The position numbers and the translations under genes are program-made. A model generated the notes under the pieces. It had not been told where the DNA came from. It did not search any database and worked only from the letters and a program-made list of their open reading frames with translations. From positions 15,236-79,235 of the forward strand of contig JAYGCN010000052.1 of the NCBI GenBank assembly GCA_046583315.1: DNA of 64,000 nt, written 5' to 3'. Within the stretch, counting starts at the first letter, position 1. The number at the start of each line of letters is the position of its first letter. This document shows positions 37,273-46,387 of the stretch, one piece after another. The DNA is from Candidatus Hydrogenedentota bacterium. Its GTDB lineage: Bacteria > Hydrogenedentota > Hydrogenedentia > Hydrogenedentales > GCA-2746185.

Positions 37273-37749
37273 ATGTCCAAGAAATCGAAAAAGGATGACG
37301 ATTCCGAACAGTTAATGTTCGACGCTCCGGATCGTCTGTTGCTCGACTCGCTGATTCTCACGCACGACGCTGTAGTGACCGCGTTTCAAGAGTTGTTGCG
37401 TGGTTACGATATTTCCTATACCCAGTTCTGCGTACTATCGGTGTTGGACGAGGTGCGCGATGAGGGGATGCGCACGCAACGACTGGGCGCTCGCTTGCTG
37501 ACGCGTGTACCGGACATCACGCGTCTCGTGGATCGTCTGGTGAAGGCCGGATTCGTTGAGCGGAAACGATCGCACGAGGATAAGCGCGTTGTGTTTGTGG
37601 CGATTACACAAACGGGTTCGGAACTACTTAACGAAATCAAAGAACCCGCCAAAGAGCTACAGTCCGGACTCTTCACCCACCTCTCCCAAAACAAGCAGGC
37701 CCAGCTCAACCAACTACTCCACGAACTCCGCGACGGCACGCAGCAGTAA
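37273..37749 (+). CDS. MarR-family transcriptional regulator
   Basis: Winged-HTH pattern FCVLSVLDE...RLGARLLTRVPDITRLVDRLVKAGFVERKRSHEDKRVVFVAITQTG. Confidence 0.88.
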   Translation: MSKKSKKDDDSEQLMFDAPDRLLLDSLILTHDAVVTAFQELLRGYDISYTQFCVLSVLDEVRDEGMRTQRLGARLLTRVPDITRLVDRLVKAGFVERKRSHEDKRVVFVAITQTGSELLNEIKEPAKELQSGLFTHLSQNKQAQLNQLLHELRDGTQQ

Positions 37750-37764
37750 ACGCGAAGGGCAAGG

Positions 37765-37788
37765 GTCTCTCACCGCGGAGAGTCTCTC
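37765..37788 (-). repeat. Solo CACCGCGGAG-type repeat element
   Basis: tctctCACCGCGGAGagtctctc. The core at 37771-37780 is identical to the cores at 43109, 43625 (rc), 48033 and 48624 (rc). Confidence 0.6.
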
Positions 37789-37954
37789 ATCTGGTACCTA
37801 CAGCAATCACGAGTGGTGGCTTTGAATTGTTCGACCGCCTTCTGCGTGATTTTTATTTTTATCGTTTACCCCGGATTCGTTCGAGGCTATTATTGTTTGA
37901 CGCATTCCGGGTCGACTGGCAAATTTCATGTTAAAAGTCTTTGCTTCTTTTACC

Positions 37955-37975
37955 CTTTGCGCCTTTGCGTTGAGG
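37955..37975 (+). repeat. Tandem short-core repeat (two CTTTGCG cores)
   Basis: CTTTGCGCCTTTGCGTTGAGG, with cores 8 nt apart. Confidence 0.45.
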
Positions 37976-37993
37976 CAATTTGCATTTAGTCCT

Positions 37994-38025
37994 ATCTGCG
38001 TGTATCCGTGTTCATCTGCGGCTAA
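37994..38025 (+). repeat. Tandem short-core repeat (ATCTGCG / ATCCGTG / ATCTGCG) ending in GGCTAA
   Basis: ATCTGCGTGTATCCGTGTTCATCTGCGGCTAA, with three related cores at 10- and 9-nt spacing. Confidence 0.5.
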
Positions 38026-38106
38026 TTGAGTTGTTGTGGTTCTTGCTGATAGTTAAAGGATTGACTATTTTGACCACCTTCTGCTATCATTACTCCCACT
38101 AGATGA

Positions 38107-38239
38107 ATGAATCTTCGGGGCAGGGTGGAAATCCCTACCGGCGGTGACAGCCCGCGAGCTTCGCGAACCTTGGTTCTCTTTGCTGACATCTGTGAAATTC
38201 AGAGGCCGACGGTTATAGTCCGGATGATAGAAGGTTCAT
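38107..38239 (+). promoter_or_regulatory. FMN riboswitch (RFN element) aptamer
   Basis: Conserved RFN blocks CTTCGGGGCAGGGTGGAAATCCCTACCGGCGGT...AGCCCGCGAGC and GAAATTCAGAGGCCGACGGTTATAGTCCGGATGATAGAAGG. The P1 helix pairs 38107-38116 with 38230-38239. It lies upstream of ribD. Confidence 0.9.
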
Positions 38240-38334
38240 ACCGTGCATGGGCGAGCGTTGCCTGTCTGGGGTTGTGATCGCTCGTTGTGTTGGCGCAAAA
38301 AATTTGCCGGCAAAACGAGAGTTTCGCCGTATGT

Positions 38335-38370
38335 CCCGAAGGTTTGTGCCTAAACCAGCGGGATTTTTTT
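38335..38370 (+). terminator. Candidate riboswitch expression-platform terminator
   Basis: Hairpin CCCGaaGGTTt...tAAACCagCGGG (38335-38362), followed by A and seven T (38363-38370), abutting the ribD ATG. Confidence 0.5.
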
Positions 38371-39450
38371 ATGCCTACAGAACGCGATTATATGGAACGG
38401 GCACTGGCCCTGGCGGCGGTGGCGCGTGGGCGCACGAGTCCGAATCCGATGGTGGGCTGCGTGGTGGTATCGCATGGCGAGATCATCGGCGAAGGCTATC
38501 ATGAGAAAGCGGGCGAGCCTCACGCGGAAGTGATGGCTCTGCGCGATTGCGGGGATGTTTCCAATGCGACCGTGTATGTGACGCTGGAGCCGTGTTGCCA
38601 TGAAGGGCGTACGCCACCGTGCGTCGATCTCCTTAAAGAACGTAAACCCCAGCGCGTTGTGGTTGCCATGGAAGATCCGAACCCGAAGGTGGCCGGACGA
38701 GGCATCGAAGCTTTGCAGGAAATCGGCGTGGATGTGTCCGTCGGCCTACTTGAAGAACGAGCGCGCAAACTCAATGAAGTGTACGTGAAACACGTGACGA
38801 CGGGCATGCCTTTTGTGATCGCGAAATGCGGCATGTCTCTGGATGGAAAAATTGCCACGCGCACGGGCGATTCAAAATGGGTCACGGGCGAAGAATCGCG
38901 CACGATGGTGCATCAGATTCGCAATCAGGTGGACGCGATTCTAGTGGGCAGTCGCACAGTGATGCTGGACGACCCAAGCCTGACGACGCGCCTGCCTCAA
39001 GAGCGGACCTTCGATCCCATTCGTGTCATCCTTGATTCCAGCGAATATCTCGGCGATGATCGCAAAGTATTTTCCGTCGAAAGCACATCACCCACGTGGA
39101 TCGCTGTTGCGGATGAGCGAAAGGTGGTCGGTGCCGATGAAATTATCAAAATACCCAGAGGTCCGGGCGGTCTGGATATGGAAACGTTGATGCTTGAACT
39201 GGCGCGACGCGACGTAACGTCCGTCTTGATAGAAGGCGGCGGCACGACGCATGCCTCGGCATTCGAAGCGGGCATCGTGGACAAGGTGATGTTCTTTGTC
39301 GCTCCCAAAATTATCGGTGGACGCGAGGCGGTGTCCGCAGTGGACGGCGTAGGCAGCGAAACGATGTCCGATGCCGTGCCGCTCGAGCAGATGACGGCGA
39401 CGCCGGTGGGAAATGACATTCTGATACAAGCCTACGTGAGCAAGGGATAG
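38371..39450 (+). CDS. ribD: Bifunctional riboflavin biosynthesis protein RibD (pyrimidine deaminase / uracil reductase)
   Basis: Deaminase zinc motifs HAEVMAL and PCCHEGRTPPC, with a reductase C-domain (GDSKWVTGEESR). ATG 38371 (MPTERDYMERAL) is preferred over the ORF-track start at 38287, which would fall in the riboswitch platform. Confidence 0.92.
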   Translation: MPTERDYMERALALAAVARGRTSPNPMVGCVVVSHGEIIGEGYHEKAGEPHAEVMALRDCGDVSNATVYVTLEPCCHEGRTPPCVDLLKERKPQRVVVAMEDPNPKVAGRGIEALQEIGVDVSVGLLEERARKLNEVYVKHVTTGMPFVIAKCGMSLDGKIATRTGDSKWVTGEESRTMVHQIRNQVDAILVGSRTVMLDDPSLTTRLPQERTFDPIRVILDSSEYLGDDRKVFSVESTSPTWIAVADERKVVGADEIIKIPRGPGGLDMETLMLELARRDVTSVLIEGGGTTHASAFEAGIVDKVMFFVAPKIIGGREAVSAVDGVGSETMSDAVPLEQMTATPVGNDILIQAYVSKG

Positions 39451-39452
39451 TC

Positions 39453-40085
39453 ATGTTTACAGGAATCATAGAAGAAGTCGGAGCGATAGCAAAACGCGGC
39501 GGCGCGGAATTGACCATCATGGCGAATACCGTGTTGGAAGACGTCTCACTCGGAGACAGTATCGCCATTGATGGCGCGTGCATGACGGTGGTGAGTTTTA
39601 GCGACGATTCGTTTGTGGTCCAGGTGTCGCCGGAATCCTTCGACAAAACAACGCTGGGCAATTTGAAAGCCGGAGACGCCGTAAACCTTGAACGCGCTAT
39701 GGCCCTCGGTGATCGATTCGGGGGACACCTCGTTCAGGGACACGTCGACGGTGTGGGCCGTGTGGAAAGCGTGACGAAGCAGGGCGAATTCAGTCTCTGG
39801 AAATTCTGGGCACCGCCGGAAGTCGCGCCGTATCTGATTCCGAAGGGATCGGTCACGATTGACGGGATCAGCTTGACGGTAGTTGACCCGACGGGCGAAA
39901 TCTTTGGCGTGGCGGTCATCCCGACGACGTTGCAGGAAACGAAACTACAATCCAAGCAGGCTGGCGATACAGTGAACATGGAAGCCGACTCGTTTGGAAA
40001 ACATATCTATCACTATTTGATGCAAGGTGCAGGTCAATCTGCCGGTATTACCCGGGAATATTTGAACAAGCACGGATTCGCGTAA
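39453..40085 (+). CDS. ribE: Riboflavin synthase (alpha chain)
   Basis: [11 protein letters not shown]-terminus and the duplicated lumazine-binding repeats ([13 protein letters not shown] / [12 protein letters not shown]). Confidence 0.92.
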   Translation: MFTGIIEEVGAIAKRGGAELTIMANTVLEDVSLGDSIAIDGACMTVVSFSDDSFVVQVSPESFDKTTLGNLKAGDAVNLERAMALGDRFGGHLVQGHVDGVGRVESVTKQGEFSLWKFWAPPEVAPYLIPKGSVTIDGISLTVVDPTGEIFGVAVIPTTLQETKLQSKQAGDTVNMEADSFGKHIYHYLMQGAGQSAGITREYLNKHGFA

Positions 40086-41351
40086 ATGGAAGCCAGCAGG
40101 ACTGGCGAGGAGGCATACATGCCTGAACGAATACCGCAAATTTTGGAAGACCTCGCGGAAGGCAAGATGATTATTCTTGTGGATGACGAGGATCGTGAAA
40201 ACGAAGGCGATCTGGTCATCGCTGCGGACAAGGTCACGCCGGAAGCCATCAATTTTATGGCGACACACGGGCGTGGATTGATCTGCCTGGCGATGACTCC
40301 GGAGCGTATCGAGGAACTCGATCTGCCGCCAATGACGCCGGACAATACAAGTCCATTTGAGACGGCGTTTCACGTGTCGATTGAAGCGAAAACCGGTGTG
40401 ACGACGGGAATCAGTGCCGCCGACCGTGCGCGCACCATCCAAGTCGCAGTCAATCCCAATTCCACGCCTGCCGATCTCGTTCGTCCCGGTCATGTATTCC
40501 CCCTGCGGGCCCGTGAAGGCGGTGTACTTGTGCGTACAGGCCAGACTGAGGGATCCGTCGATCTCGCTCGCATGGCCGGATGCGCTCCCGCTGGAGTCAT
40601 CTGTGAAATCATGAGTGAAGACGGTACCATGGCGCGCATGCCGGAATTAAAAGAGTTTGCCGCGAAACATGACATCAATATTTGCTCTGTGGAGTCGATC
40701 ATTCAATATCGGCGTATGGCGGAGCAGATTGTCGAGCGCGCAGCCGAAACCGTGTTGCCCACCGACTACGGCGATTTCAAGCTGGTCGTATACGAAACCA
40801 ATGTGGACGAAAAGAATCACCTGGCACTCGTGAAAGGTGATGTCAAAGGGAAAGACAACGTGATGGTACGGGTGCACTCTGAATGCCTCACCGGCGACGT
40901 ATTTCATTCGATGCGCTGTGACTGCGGGAGCCAGCTGCACGAAGCGATGCGGATGATCGCGGAGGAAGGTTCTGGGGTGCTCGTATACATGCGCCAGGAA
41001 GGTCGCGGCATCGGGCTCGTCAACAAAATCAAAGCCTACGTGTTGCAGGATCAAGGCATGGACACCGAAGAGGCGAACGTGCACCTCGGTTTCGACCCCG
41101 ATCCTCGCGAGTACGGCCTGGGTGCACAGATTCTGAAAGACCTCGGAATCACGACGATGCGTTTAATCACCAACAATCCGGTAAAACGTAAAGGCTTGCA
41201 GGGCTACGGGCTTGAGATCACGGATCGGGTTCCTATTGAAATTCCGGCGAATCCTCATAATCACAAGTATTTGAAGACGAAACAGGAAAAATTTGGGCAT
41301 CATTTATCTGAATTTGGCGCGGGCGATATTGGTGCCTCAGTAGAAGATTAA
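40086..41351 (+). CDS. ribBA: Bifunctional 3,4-dihydroxy-2-butanone-4-phosphate synthase / GTP cyclohydrolase II
   Basis: The DHBPS motif [11 protein letters not shown] and the GCH-II zinc motif [23 protein letters not shown]. The start may be ATG 40119 rather than 40086. Confidence 0.92.
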   Translation: MEASRTGEEAYMPERIPQILEDLAEGKMIILVDDEDRENEGDLVIAADKVTPEAINFMATHGRGLICLAMTPERIEELDLPPMTPDNTSPFETAFHVSIEAKTGVTTGISAADRARTIQVAVNPNSTPADLVRPGHVFPLRAREGGVLVRTGQTEGSVDLARMAGCAPAGVICEIMSEDGTMARMPELKEFAAKHDINICSVESIIQYRRMAEQIVERAAETVLPTDYGDFKLVVYETNVDEKNHLALVKGDVKGKDNVMVRVHSECLTGDVFHSMRCDCGSQLHEAMRMIAEEGSGVLVYMRQEGRGIGLVNKIKAYVLQDQGMDTEEANVHLGFDPDPREYGLGAQILKDLGITTMRLITNNPVKRKGLQGYGLEITDRVPIEIPANPHNHKYLKTKQEKFGHHLSEFGAGDIGASVED

Positions 41352-41370
41352 TAGGGTAGGAGAATTTTTA

Positions 41371-41835
41371 ATGCCAAAAGTTATTGAAGGAAATCTGAAC
41401 GCGAAGGGCAAACGTTTTGCCATTGTCGTCACGCGATTCAACGAATTTATTACGGCAAAACTGCTGGACGGCGCGCTGGATGCCATCAAGCGTCATGGCG
41501 GTGATGCGGACGGTACTACGGTCGTCTGGGTTCCCGGCGCCGTGGAGATTCCGGTTGTGGCGCACAAACTCGCGAAGTCTGATAAGTATGACGTCGTGAT
41601 CGCGCTGGGTTGCGTGATTCGCGGGGCCACGGCTCACTTTGAGTACGTATCCGGCGAAGCAGCCAAGGGCATTGGACAGATCGCGTTGCAGACGGGCGTG
41701 CCTGTCATGTTCGGCGTGCTGACTACCGAAACGATTGAACAAGCCATTGAACGCGCTGGTACAAAAGCTGGCAACAAAGGTTTTGAAGTGGCCGTGGGCG
41801 CTATCGAGATGGCGAACCTGATGGAGAAATTGTAA
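41371..41835 (+). CDS. ribH: 6,7-dimethyl-8-ribityllumazine synthase
   Basis: [21 protein letters not shown] and [14 protein letters not shown] motifs. Confidence 0.93.
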   Translation: MPKVIEGNLNAKGKRFAIVVTRFNEFITAKLLDGALDAIKRHGGDADGTTVVWVPGAVEIPVVAHKLAKSDKYDVVIALGCVIRGATAHFEYVSGEAAKGIGQIALQTGVPVMFGVLTTETIEQAIERAGTKAGNKGFEVAVGAIEMANLMEKL

Positions 41836-41836
41836 C

Positions 41837-42265
41837 TTGAGCGGTAGTCCACAACAACGAAGAAAAGCCCGGCGTCGCGCGCTGGAATTTTTGTTCAGCA
41901 TCGAATTCACGCAATACGAATGGGAAGCCGCGCTTGAGGCATTCTGGGAAACCTTCGACACCAAACAGGTCGTGCGTGAATACGCGAAAACCCTGATTAA
42001 GGGAATCTCGAATCACACGGAAGACATTGATGCCCACATCGACAGCGCGCTCACCAACTGGTCACCCGATCGCGTCGGTCATGTCGAGCGCAACATCCTT
42101 CGCGTGGCCGTATTCGAAATCGCGTATACCGATGACGTTCCCCAAAAAGTCGCCATCAACGAAGCCATCGAAATCGCAAAGGCCTACGGCTCCGACGAGT
42201 CCGCGGGTTTCGTGAACGCCGTACTCGACAAATTGAAGAGCACCGTCTTCGCGGATATCGAATAG
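41837..42265 (+). CDS. nusB: Transcription antitermination factor NusB
   Basis: RRKARRRALEFLF N-terminus and ERNILRVAVFEI...AINEAIEIAKAYG...FVNAVLD. Follows ribH, a common arrangement. TTG start 1 nt after the ribH stop. Confidence 0.88.
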   Translation: MSGSPQQRRKARRRALEFLFSIEFTQYEWEAALEAFWETFDTKQVVREYAKTLIKGISNHTEDIDAHIDSALTNWSPDRVGHVERNILRVAVFEIAYTDDVPQKVAINEAIEIAKAYGSDESAGFVNAVLDKLKSTVFADIE

Positions 42266-42272
42266 GTTTCCC

Positions 42273-43097
42273 ATGTCAGGACGTTACGTCGATCTCCACA
42301 TGCACACGACCTTTTCTGACGGGGCCGACATCCCTTCAGTCGTCGTTGAGCGTGCCAGCAGCCTGGGCTTCAGTGCCATCGCGATTACCGATCACGATAC
42401 CCTCACCGGATTGCCGGATGCACGGGTAGCCGCCGACGACGCGGGAATTGAGCTTCTGCCCGGGGTAGAAGTGAGTTCGCGATACGGCAAGATGGAAGTG
42501 CACATCCTTGGCCTCGGCGTGGACCCGACCGATGCCGAACTCACCGAGTCGCTCGCCGTGATGGCCAAAGAACGTGCGCACCGCGCCGAAGCGATCGTCG
42601 AGAAACTGAATGCCCTTGATGTTCCCGTCGATTATGAATCAATCCGCACACGCGTGGGCAAAGGCGTCATCGGGCGCATGCATATCGCGCAAGATATCGT
42701 GTCCCTCGGACATGCCGATACGATCCAGGGCGCCTTCGATAAATACATCAAAGCTGGACGCCCAGCCTACGTACCGAAAAAGGCGATGACCTGCGAAGAT
42801 GCCGTCGAATCCATCCACAAAGCAGGAGGACTCGCCTTCGTCGCGCATCCCTGCATCGGAAAAACACGCTCGATCCTAGACCAGTTACTGCGACTCCCCT
42901 TCGACGGCATCGAAGTCTTCCACTCCCGCCACACACCAGGACACATCGCCGACCTGAAGGCACTCGCAGAAGATCGCGGCCTGTTAATCAGCGGAGGCTC
43001 CGATTGCCACGGCTCCATAAAAGGCGACTCGCCACTCATGGGGAAAATTCGACTCGCGTGGGAACACTACGAGGCAATCCAGGGACGTCTGACTTAA
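42273..43097 (+). CDS. PHP-domain phosphoesterase (TrpH/YciV-like)
   Basis: DLHMHTTFSDG, ITDHDT, HPC...GIEVFHS and SGGSDCHG metal-binding motifs. Confidence 0.85.
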   Translation: MSGRYVDLHMHTTFSDGADIPSVVVERASSLGFSAIAITDHDTLTGLPDARVAADDAGIELLPGVEVSSRYGKMEVHILGLGVDPTDAELTESLAVMAKERAHRAEAIVEKLNALDVPVDYESIRTRVGKGVIGRMHIAQDIVSLGHADTIQGAFDKYIKAGRPAYVPKKAMTCEDAVESIHKAGGLAFVAHPCIGKTRSILDQLLRLPFDGIEVFHSRHTPGHIADLKALAEDRGLLISGGSDCHGSIKGDSPLMGKIRLAWEHYEAIQGRLT

Positions 43098-43108
43098 CGA
43101 ACCATTTG

Positions 43109-43119
43109 CACCGCGGAGG
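43109..43119 (-). repeat. CACCGCGGAGG repeat, left boundary of low-GC cassette 1
   Basis: catttgCACCGCGGAGGac. It is inverted relative to 43613-43634 (16/17 match including the CATTT flank). Confidence 0.6.
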
Positions 43120-43123
43120 ACTT

Positions 43124-43606
43124 CTACTCCAATAGGTCATCATCCAGGTACAGCGCACACTTGTTTAATGCTTCTTCGACCTCGGGACACTTTGCGCAAT
43201 CGATGGTCAGCAATACGTAGTCCACGAAGCTTAAGTCATCAAAGGTTGCACAGTTGACGAAGTAGAACGCGACATCTTTTGGCTACTCAACTTTATGCCA
43301 AGTGGTCATTACGAGTGGGTAATTCTCGTGAAGATCGCCGTTCTTGTCGATGTTGCTTCCAATATTTTTCTCGTCCGTCATATCATGCCAAAGTTCACAA
43401 TTCGAGCCGCCGCATACGACCGAGCGACACCCCTTTCGTAAGATCTCGCCGACAATGTAGTCAATTTGCTCGACAGAAAAGTTGCTGTCACAATCCTAGA
43501 TCATGCACGCGAACGGATTGCCGACATCGAGCAGAGCAATGTCATCGGGATGAGAAACGTATTGGTGCCAATAGCGCCGTCCCTCATTTTCTACAATAAT
43601 TTTCAT
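43124..43606 (-). pseudogene. Small low-GC hypothetical gene (160 codons) with two in-frame TAG codons
   Basis: Hand translation from ATG 43606 (RBS GGAGAA) gives one continuous protein-like frame, MKIIVENEGRRYWHQYV...ACMI*DCDSNFSVEQIDYIVGEILRKGCRSVVCGGSNCELWHD...TTWHKVE*PKDVAFYFVNC...LYLDDDLLE*. Internal TAGs lie at 43496-43498 and 43283-43285. It is absent from the ORF track because each fragment is under 60 aa. Confidence 0.55.
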
Positions 43607-43612
43607 ATTTAA

Positions 43613-43634
43613 TTCTCCGCGCCTCCGCGGTGAA
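43613..43634 (+). repeat. 22-nt CTCCGCG-array repeat ending in GGTGAA, right boundary of cassette 1
   Basis: TTCTCCGCGCCTCCGCGGTGAA is the exact reverse complement of 48030-48051. Confidence 0.85.
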
Positions 43635-43642
43635 ATGCGGTT

Positions 43643-45004
43643 CTACTTCAGCTCGTTAAACTTGTCTTCGATTAGTTTGCGAATTTCCTTGAGGCGTTCC
43701 TTCGTTTCTGCTTCACACCGCATGACGATCATGGGGGAGGTGTTGGATACGCGGAGCAGGCCCCAGCCGTCGGGGAACTCAATGCGTGCGCCGTCGATCG
43801 TGTTGACGTCGTAACCTTCTTTCAGGAAAAACGCCGTTGCTTTCTCCACGATCTTGAATTTCTTTTTGTCCGTTGTTTCCAGTCGAATTTCGTCCGTAAC
43901 GAAGGTTTTCGGCAGGGACTCGAGGTGTTTATGGAAGGGTCTGTGGCTGGCTGCGATGATTTCCATGAGGCGTGCCGCCGCGTAGATGGCGCAATCGAAG
44001 CCGTACCAGCGGTGTTTGAAGAAAATATGGCCGCTCATTTCGCCGCCGATGGCCGCGTTGTTCTTGACCATACAATCTTTGATGAGCGAGTGGCCCGCTT
44101 TATACATGATTGGGTTGCCGCCATTTTTTGCGATATCCTCGTACATCGTGCGCGAACACTTTACTTCGCCGACCACGGTCGCGCCTTTCACTTCTTTCAA
44201 AATCTGCCGCGCAAACAAAAGCAGTAGCATATCGCCTGCGATAAAATTTCCTTTGTCGTCCACCGCACCGATTCGATCGGCATCGCCATCAAAACCGATG
44301 CCCAAGTCAGCCTTCTCTTCCTTGACCGTACTCACGAGCTTCTTGAGGGTCTTCGGTAGCGTGGGATCGGGATGATGATTCGGAAAGTTGCCGTCCACCT
44401 TGCAATACAGCTCAACCACGTCGCAGCCCATCGCGCGAAACAGATCAACTCCGACTTTTCCACCAACGCCGTTACCCGCATCCACTACAACCTTCAGCTT
44501 CCGCTTCAGTTTAATGCCCCGAAGAATTTTCTGTTGGTACTTCGGAATAATGTTCATACGCGTAATCGTAACCGGTTTTTTGGCGACAGGAAATGCTCCT
44601 TTTTGAATGATCGCCTTAATCTTTTGAATTTCTTTACCGTGAATGGTGGATTTGCCCACGCCCAGTTTCAATCCGTTGTATTCCTTCGGATTGTGCGAGC
44701 CCGTAATCATCACTCCGCCGTCCACAGGTAGATGAAACAGGCCGAAATAGGTGACGCCCGTGCTGACTTCGCCAATATCGATGACGTTCATGCCCACAGA
44801 GGTCAGACCGTCGATGAGCGCGTTGGCGAATCCCTTCGACGTAAGCCGTCCATCCCGTCCGACCACCATACAATTGTGTTTTTTCTTGCGGCGCATATAA
44901 ACGGCAAGGGCTTTTCCGACCAATTCGACGATTTCTTCCGTCAATTCGTCGCCGGCAATGCCGCGGATGTCGTATTCTCTAAAAATGTTGTCTGGCAACT
45001 GCAT
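43643..45004 (-). CDS. Phosphomannomutase/phosphoglucomutase
   Basis: Active-site serine loop TGSHNP, the Mg site GFDGDADR, the sugar-binding GEMSGH and a C-terminal domain (RVSNTSPMIVMRCEA). Confidence 0.92.
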   Translation of the reverse strand: MQLPDNIFREYDIRGIAGDELTEEIVELVGKALAVYMRRKKKHNCMVVGRDGRLTSKGFANALIDGLTSVGMNVIDIGEVSTGVTYFGLFHLPVDGGVMITGSHNPKEYNGLKLGVGKSTIHGKEIQKIKAIIQKGAFPVAKKPVTITRMNIIPKYQQKILRGIKLKRKLKVVVDAGNGVGGKVGVDLFRAMGCDVVELYCKVDGNFPNHHPDPTLPKTLKKLVSTVKEEKADLGIGFDGDADRIGAVDDKGNFIAGDMLLLLFARQILKEVKGATVVGEVKCSRTMYEDIAKNGGNPIMYKAGHSLIKDCMVKNNAAIGGEMSGHIFFKHRWYGFDCAIYAAARLMEIIAASHRPFHKHLESLPKTFVTDEIRLETTDKKKFKIVEKATAFFLKEGYDVNTIDGARIEFPDGWGLLRVSNTSPMIVMRCEAETKERLKEIRKLIEDKFNELK

Positions 45005-45184
45005 GGTGTTCTCCCCAAAAGGCTAATCAGGTGCGTATTGTAATGATTCAGAGTTGGAAAACCAAGAGATGGAAGGGCCGAGTGGGTCGTCAAGCCAGAG
45101 AACTGCGCATGAACAGACTTGACAGTGTACATGGAACCCGTCCATCAGTATACTCGAATCGTTCATGAATGAAGGAAGCATACC

Positions 45185-45913
45185 ATGCCCATTACCGATA
45201 CCGTGTGGAAATCAGAAGAAGTCGCATCCAAATATCTGCAAGGCGTGCGCGGCGCGATTCCGGGAGCCTTGTTGCAGCTCGAGGTCATGATGCGTTTGCT
45301 GGGCACGGGTGAACACACGATAGATAGCTTCCTTGATCTCGGATGCGGTGACGGTATTCTGGGACAAACAATCCTCGCTGAGCATCCCGAGGCGCAGGGT
45401 GTGTTCGTCGATTTTTCCGAACCCATGATCGATGCGGCCCTCAAACGATTGGGAACTGACTCGAAGCATGCGTTTCATGCGATCGATTATGGGCAAGCAG
45501 GTTGGATCGATTCCCTTTCAGCCCCTTTCGACTGTATCGTGTCCGGATTTTCGATACATCACCAGCCGGACGAACGAAAGAAGGAAATCTACCAGGAACT
45601 TTTCGATGCGCTCGCGCCTGGAGGCTGGTTTATCAATATGGAACACGTTTTGTCCGCTACGAAAACAGGTGAGACGGCGTTTCTGCAGCATCTCGTTGAC
45701 AATATGTTCGCACTGGAGAAAGAATCCGGTGGTACGCGGTCGCGCGCGGAAATTCTTCATGCGATGGAAAACAACGAAGACAGCCAAGCGAATATTTTGG
45801 CAAGAGTTGATGTGCAATGCGAATGGTTGTCGGCGATCGGTTTTCAGGAAGTCGATTGCTATTTCAAAATCTATGAGTTGGCCATTTTCGGGGGCGTTAA
45901 GCCTACCCAATAG
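45185..45913 (+). CDS. Class I SAM-dependent methyltransferase
   Basis: Motif I FLDLGCGDG, and the post-I/II pattern (FDCIVSGFSIHH...LAPGGWF). Confidence 0.8.
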   Translation: MPITDTVWKSEEVASKYLQGVRGAIPGALLQLEVMMRLLGTGEHTIDSFLDLGCGDGILGQTILAEHPEAQGVFVDFSEPMIDAALKRLGTDSKHAFHAIDYGQAGWIDSLSAPFDCIVSGFSIHHQPDERKKEIYQELFDALAPGGWFINMEHVLSATKTGETAFLQHLVDNMFALEKESGGTRSRAEILHAMENNEDSQANILARVDVQCEWLSAIGFQEVDCYFKIYELAIFGGVKPTQ

Positions 45914-45928
45914 GGGAACGAATTCAGT

Positions 45929-46378
45929 ATGCGCGCGGTTATTCAACGGGTCAGTGAGTCATCGGTCACGGTCGATGGGTCTGTTATCGGTGAGATCGGC
46001 GTGGGATTCATGGTGCTGTTGGGCGTGTCCGATGACGATACCGAGCAGGACGCGGATGCCCTTGTGCAAAAAATCGTCGGCTTGCGCGTGTTCAATGACG
46101 ACGACGGAAAGTTCAATCTGTCATTGATGGATGTGGGCGGGAGGGTGTTGCTCATTTCCCAGTTCACATTGATGGGGGATTGCCGGAAGGGGCGCCGTCC
46201 ATCATTTATCAGAGCCGCTCGCCCTGAACACGCGATTCCGTTGTATGAATCGGTCATTGCGGGTCTAAAACAGCGCGGCGTAACGGTTGCCAGCGGTGAA
46301 TTCGGTGCGCACATGGACGTGCATCTCATCAATGATGGACCCGTGACCCTGCTCGTGGACAGTCGAAAGGAATTCTGA
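45929..46378 (+). CDS. dtd: D-aminoacyl-tRNA deacylase
   Basis: MRAVIQRV N-terminus, the SQFTLMGD motif and a GPVT C-terminal motif; 149 aa. Confidence 0.92.
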   Translation: MRAVIQRVSESSVTVDGSVIGEIGVGFMVLLGVSDDDTEQDADALVQKIVGLRVFNDDDGKFNLSLMDVGGRVLLISQFTLMGDCRKGRRPSFIRAARPEHAIPLYESVIAGLKQRGVTVASGEFGAHMDVHLINDGPVTLLVDSRKEF

Positions 46379-46387
46379 CCAAAGGCG

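Noticed and set aside
37955-38025. The short tandem arrays as a CRISPR array
   Set aside because: The units are only 6-10 nt with 1-3-nt gaps. There are no spacers of phage-like length, at most three units, and no cas genes.
37928-38029. 33-codon ORF (MLKVFASFTLCAFALRQFAFSPICVYPCSSAAN) reading through two repeat arrays
   Set aside because: It has no RBS. Its composition is dictated by the repeat cores (LCAFALR, ICVYPCSS), the kind of artefactual peptide that repeat arrays generate in any frame.
41368-41964. 198-aa minus-strand ORF
   Set aside because: It is antisense to ribH/nusB, both of which are confidently identified on the plus strand.
43283-43498. The in-frame TAG codons as pyrrolysine or stop-codon reassignment
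   Set aside because: TAG is used as the ordinary stop of secG, tex, the dksA-like gene, lgt, the NtrC-like regulator and the DUF1501 gene in this same window. No pyl genes are seen. Nonsense decay of an accessory gene is the simpler reading.
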